Shown: one piece after another, positions 25,461-27,274 of the stretch | Numbering within the stretch: the stretch's first letter is position 1 | Layout of the letters: every line of letters starts with the position of its first letter | Source of the DNA: a virus | Taxonomy: Duplodnaviria > Caudoviricetes | DNA: 27,274 nucleotides | Direction: 5' to 3' (one strand) | Virus record (IMG/VR): IMGVR_UViG_3300037308_000552 | Span: 1 to 27,274 of that record | The notes under the pieces: model-generated | Told to the model about the DNA's origin: nothing | The model's database searches: none | What the model saw: the letters and a program-made list of their open reading frames with translations, nothing else | Made by a program: the position numbers and the translations under genes

Positions 25461-26407
25461 TAACCCCTCATTTCATAAACGATCTTGTCGTAGAACAATT
25501 CCATTTCTCTTTTACAATTTAGTTCGGGAACTGAGTTAACATTTCCTATTATATCAACAATCTTTGATGCTGCAGCTCTTTGTGGATATAAATATTCTTC
25601 TGGTAATAATTCTGGATATGAAAATGCTTTTGGAGCGATTGGAATACAATTATTAATGATTGCATCAACAACTTGATAACCAAATGTTTCTTCTGATGAA
25701 GTTATCAATAAATACTGACAAGAAGATAAGCGAGTATAATAATCTTCCCACGAAGAAGCTTCAAATCTATAAATTTTTCTATTTCTATAAAAACTTTCAA
25801 TTTCAATTTCTAAATCTAGATTAACTTTTTGTTTTGTTGGCCTAGATGCAGAACAGAAAAAATTAGACTTTTTAGTATTAGGTGAAGATTTAAAAGGAGG
25901 AAATGGCAACCTTGTAACAACTGTATTATGCCAACTTAATTCTTTAGCATGATTGATTAATTTTTCACGATGATAATAACTACCAACAAACACTTTGTCA
26001 AATAAAGTTGATAGTGCTGTTTCTGTTGCAAACTTTGGATTTTTAACTGGGTAATAATAGTCAAAATTATTTACAGATGTCGCATGACAAAATGCATACT
26101 GTTTCTTACATCTTTTATGATAAAGAACGCTTGGAAAAATACCAGGAAAACTAATATCAGATAAGAATAAAATATCATCACTATATATCTTAGTTTCCAT
26201 ATATTCTTTAACTTGTTGACATTCAAACTCAATAGCTTCGTTAATTGGAGAAAACATCTCTGGAGACGATTTAGTGGCATTTAAATAATTTTTACCAAGA
26301 GTTACTACTTCAAATCCTCTTTTTTCAAACTCTTTTGGAAACTCAACGTACCACCACTCTTGATATCTAAGTTTACTCGGGTACTGGGGTACAAAGATTA
26401 TTCGCAT
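25460..26407 (-). CDS. GT-B fold (GT4-like) glycosyltransferase
   Basis: SSEETFGYQVVDAI...CIPIAP..FSYPEL nucleotide-sugar-binding motif; SRPTKQK. Confidence 0.8.
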   Translation of the reverse strand: MRIIFVPQYPSKLRYQEWWYVEFPKEFEKRGFEVVTLGKNYLNATKSSPEMFSPINEAIEFECQQVKEYMETKIYSDDILFLSDISFPGIFPSVLYHKRCKKQYAFCHATSVNNFDYYYPVKNPKFATETALSTLFDKVFVGSYYHREKLINHAKELSWHNTVVTRLPFPPFKSSPNTKKSNFFCSASRPTKQKVNLDLEIEIESFYRNRKIYRFEASSWEDYYTRLSSCQYLLITSSEETFGYQVVDAIINNCIPIAPKAFSYPELLPEEYLYPQRAAASKIVDIIGNVNSVPELNCKREMELFYDKIVYEMRG

Positions 26408-26552
26408 CTATTTCCCTTTCAAATTCTTTGATTTGTTCTTTCAAAGCTGTCAATACACCAATTTCAATGAAAATATTTTGTTCTTCTTTTGTCATCTCTA
26501 ATTCTAATATTGCACTACCATTAGGCTGTTCTTTAATTGATAGAACTTGCAT
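26373..26552 (-). CDS. Small hypothetical protein (59 aa), absent from the ORF track
   Basis: MQVLSIKEQPNGSAILELEMTKEEQNIFIEIGVLTALKEQIKEFEREIDANNLCTPVPE*. AAGGAGG RBS; fills the gap. Confidence 0.7.
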   Translation of the reverse strand: MQVLSIKEQPNGSAILELEMTKEEQNIFIEIGVLTALKEQIKEFEREIDANNLCTPVPE

Positions 26553-26748
26553 CTACTACCTCCTTAGTTACTTTCCAAAATTCACCTTCTTTTTGATATG
26601 TCATTTCTTTATAATAACTACCAAATAAATGAACAATAATTTTATCCTCTTCTAACTTTTTTACTACATCCAACTCTGCTAAAATTTTTGCTTTACCATC
26701 AAAAGACTCAACTATAAGGCGTTCTTTCATCTTAACTCCTAAGACCAT
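26533..26748 (-). CDS. Small hypothetical protein
   Basis: 71 aa ORF. The likely start is MKERL at 26730, behind AGGAG. Confidence 0.7.
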   Translation of the reverse strand: MVLGVKMKERLIVESFDGKAKILAELDVVKKLEEDKIIVHLFGSYYKEMTYQKEGEFWKVTKEVVDASSIN

Positions 26749-27011
26749 TTAAAATAATTGAAGATATTTAAAGCAATCAAAAACAACATAGTTAAAACTA
26801 AAAACCCTTGTCTTTTACAATAAAAAATTTTAATCTGAATAAGTTGAGAGATTGTAAATATTACATATGCATATTTATCTTTCTCACCAAGAAAATACAT
26901 AGCTAAGATAGTTAAAATTAAAACAATTAAACCTAATAAAGAAAAATCAGTAAAATGTTTCTTAAAAAACCCACTTACAATATCCTTCAAATAAGACATA
27001 CTTTTTCTCAT
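26739..27011 (-). CDS. Small 3-TM membrane protein (half-PnuC-like)
   Basis: Three hydrophobic segments ending NIFNYFKW. The family assignment is tentative. Confidence 0.6.
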   Translation of the reverse strand: MRKSMSYLKDIVSGFFKKHFTDFSLLGLIVLILTILAMYFLGEKDKYAYVIFTISQLIQIKIFYCKRQGFLVLTMLFLIALNIFNYFKWS

Positions 27012-27261
27012 GCTCCCACAAAGATTTCTGACTAGAATAAACTTTATTTAGTAGAGCTTCTTTCTCATCTGGTTCTTTAACTTCTCTCATATATAAAACA
27101 TTCATATTAGTAGTATAAAAAATAACATCAAAACCAATTCTTGCCATTTGTTCACCAGTATATGCCCATCTTCGATGTAATGGGTGTATATCATCATGAC
27201 TTGGAAAATAAAATGTATTTTCTTTGTTATAGATCATTGGAGGGATATTATGGTTAAACAT
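26962..27261 (-). CDS. Hypothetical protein, possibly 5'-truncated by the window edge
   Basis: 99 aa ORF whose frame stays open to 27274. Confidence 0.65.
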   Translation of the reverse strand: MFNHNIPPMIYNKENTFYFPSHDDIHPLHRRWAYTGEQMARIGFDVIFYTTNMNVLYMREVKEPDEKEALLNKVYSSQKSLWEHEKKYVLFEGYCKWVF

Positions 27262-27274
27262 CTGAATTTTAATA

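Noticed and set aside
26432-26441. Further GAACAAA promoter copy upstream of the glycosyltransferase
   Set aside because: It lies inside the 59-aa ORF (KEQI codons) and lacks the TTR prefix.
3861-26628. Short antisense or alternate-frame ORFs inside major genes (e.g. 3861, 4079, 7659, 9043, 9435, 13032, 13340, 16077, 16924, 17332, 18741, 19370, 20653, 22889, 25333, 26071, 26428)
   Set aside because: They overlap well-supported genes and show no recognisable motifs.
1-27274. Stop-codon reassignment, as seen in some large phages
   Set aside because: Conserved genes are full length in the standard code, coding density is high, and TAA, TAG and TGA all end genes at sensible positions.
1-27274. 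Archaeal virus (TATA-like motif, PolB, divergent TS, TGT)
   Set aside because: bS21 is a bacterial ribosomal protein, and GroES, DnaB and hairpin/U-tract terminators also point to a bacterial host.

Overview
AT-rich (roughly 30% GC by eye) segment of a large tailed dsDNA bacteriophage, read in the standard genetic code. The minus strand carries a T4-like head module (gp23-like major capsid protein, gp21-like prohead protease, gp20-like portal, acidic scaffold-like protein). It also carries a replication and metabolism block: DnaB-like helicase, TGT/DpdA-like base-exchange enzyme, Ntn-hydrolase, divergent thymidylate synthase, GroES, ribosomal protein bS21, QueE, a family-B DNA polymerase fused to a family-4 uracil-DNA glycosylase domain, and a GT-B glycosyltransferase. 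The plus strand carries accessory genes: HNH, ParB-like and PD-(D/E)XK proteins and a high-GC DnaJ-like zinc-finger gene. The strongest candidates for something new are: (1) a possible DNA base-modification system (TGT-like + QueE + glycosyltransferase + TS + UDG-PolB with an altered base pocket); (2) a three-copy terminator element with H-type pseudoknot geometry separating accessory genes; (3) two phage-specific promoter-like motifs; (4) contrasting codon usage (TTA-free capsid gene, 55-60% GC DnaJ-like gene). All functional calls come from motif recognition by eye, with no database search.
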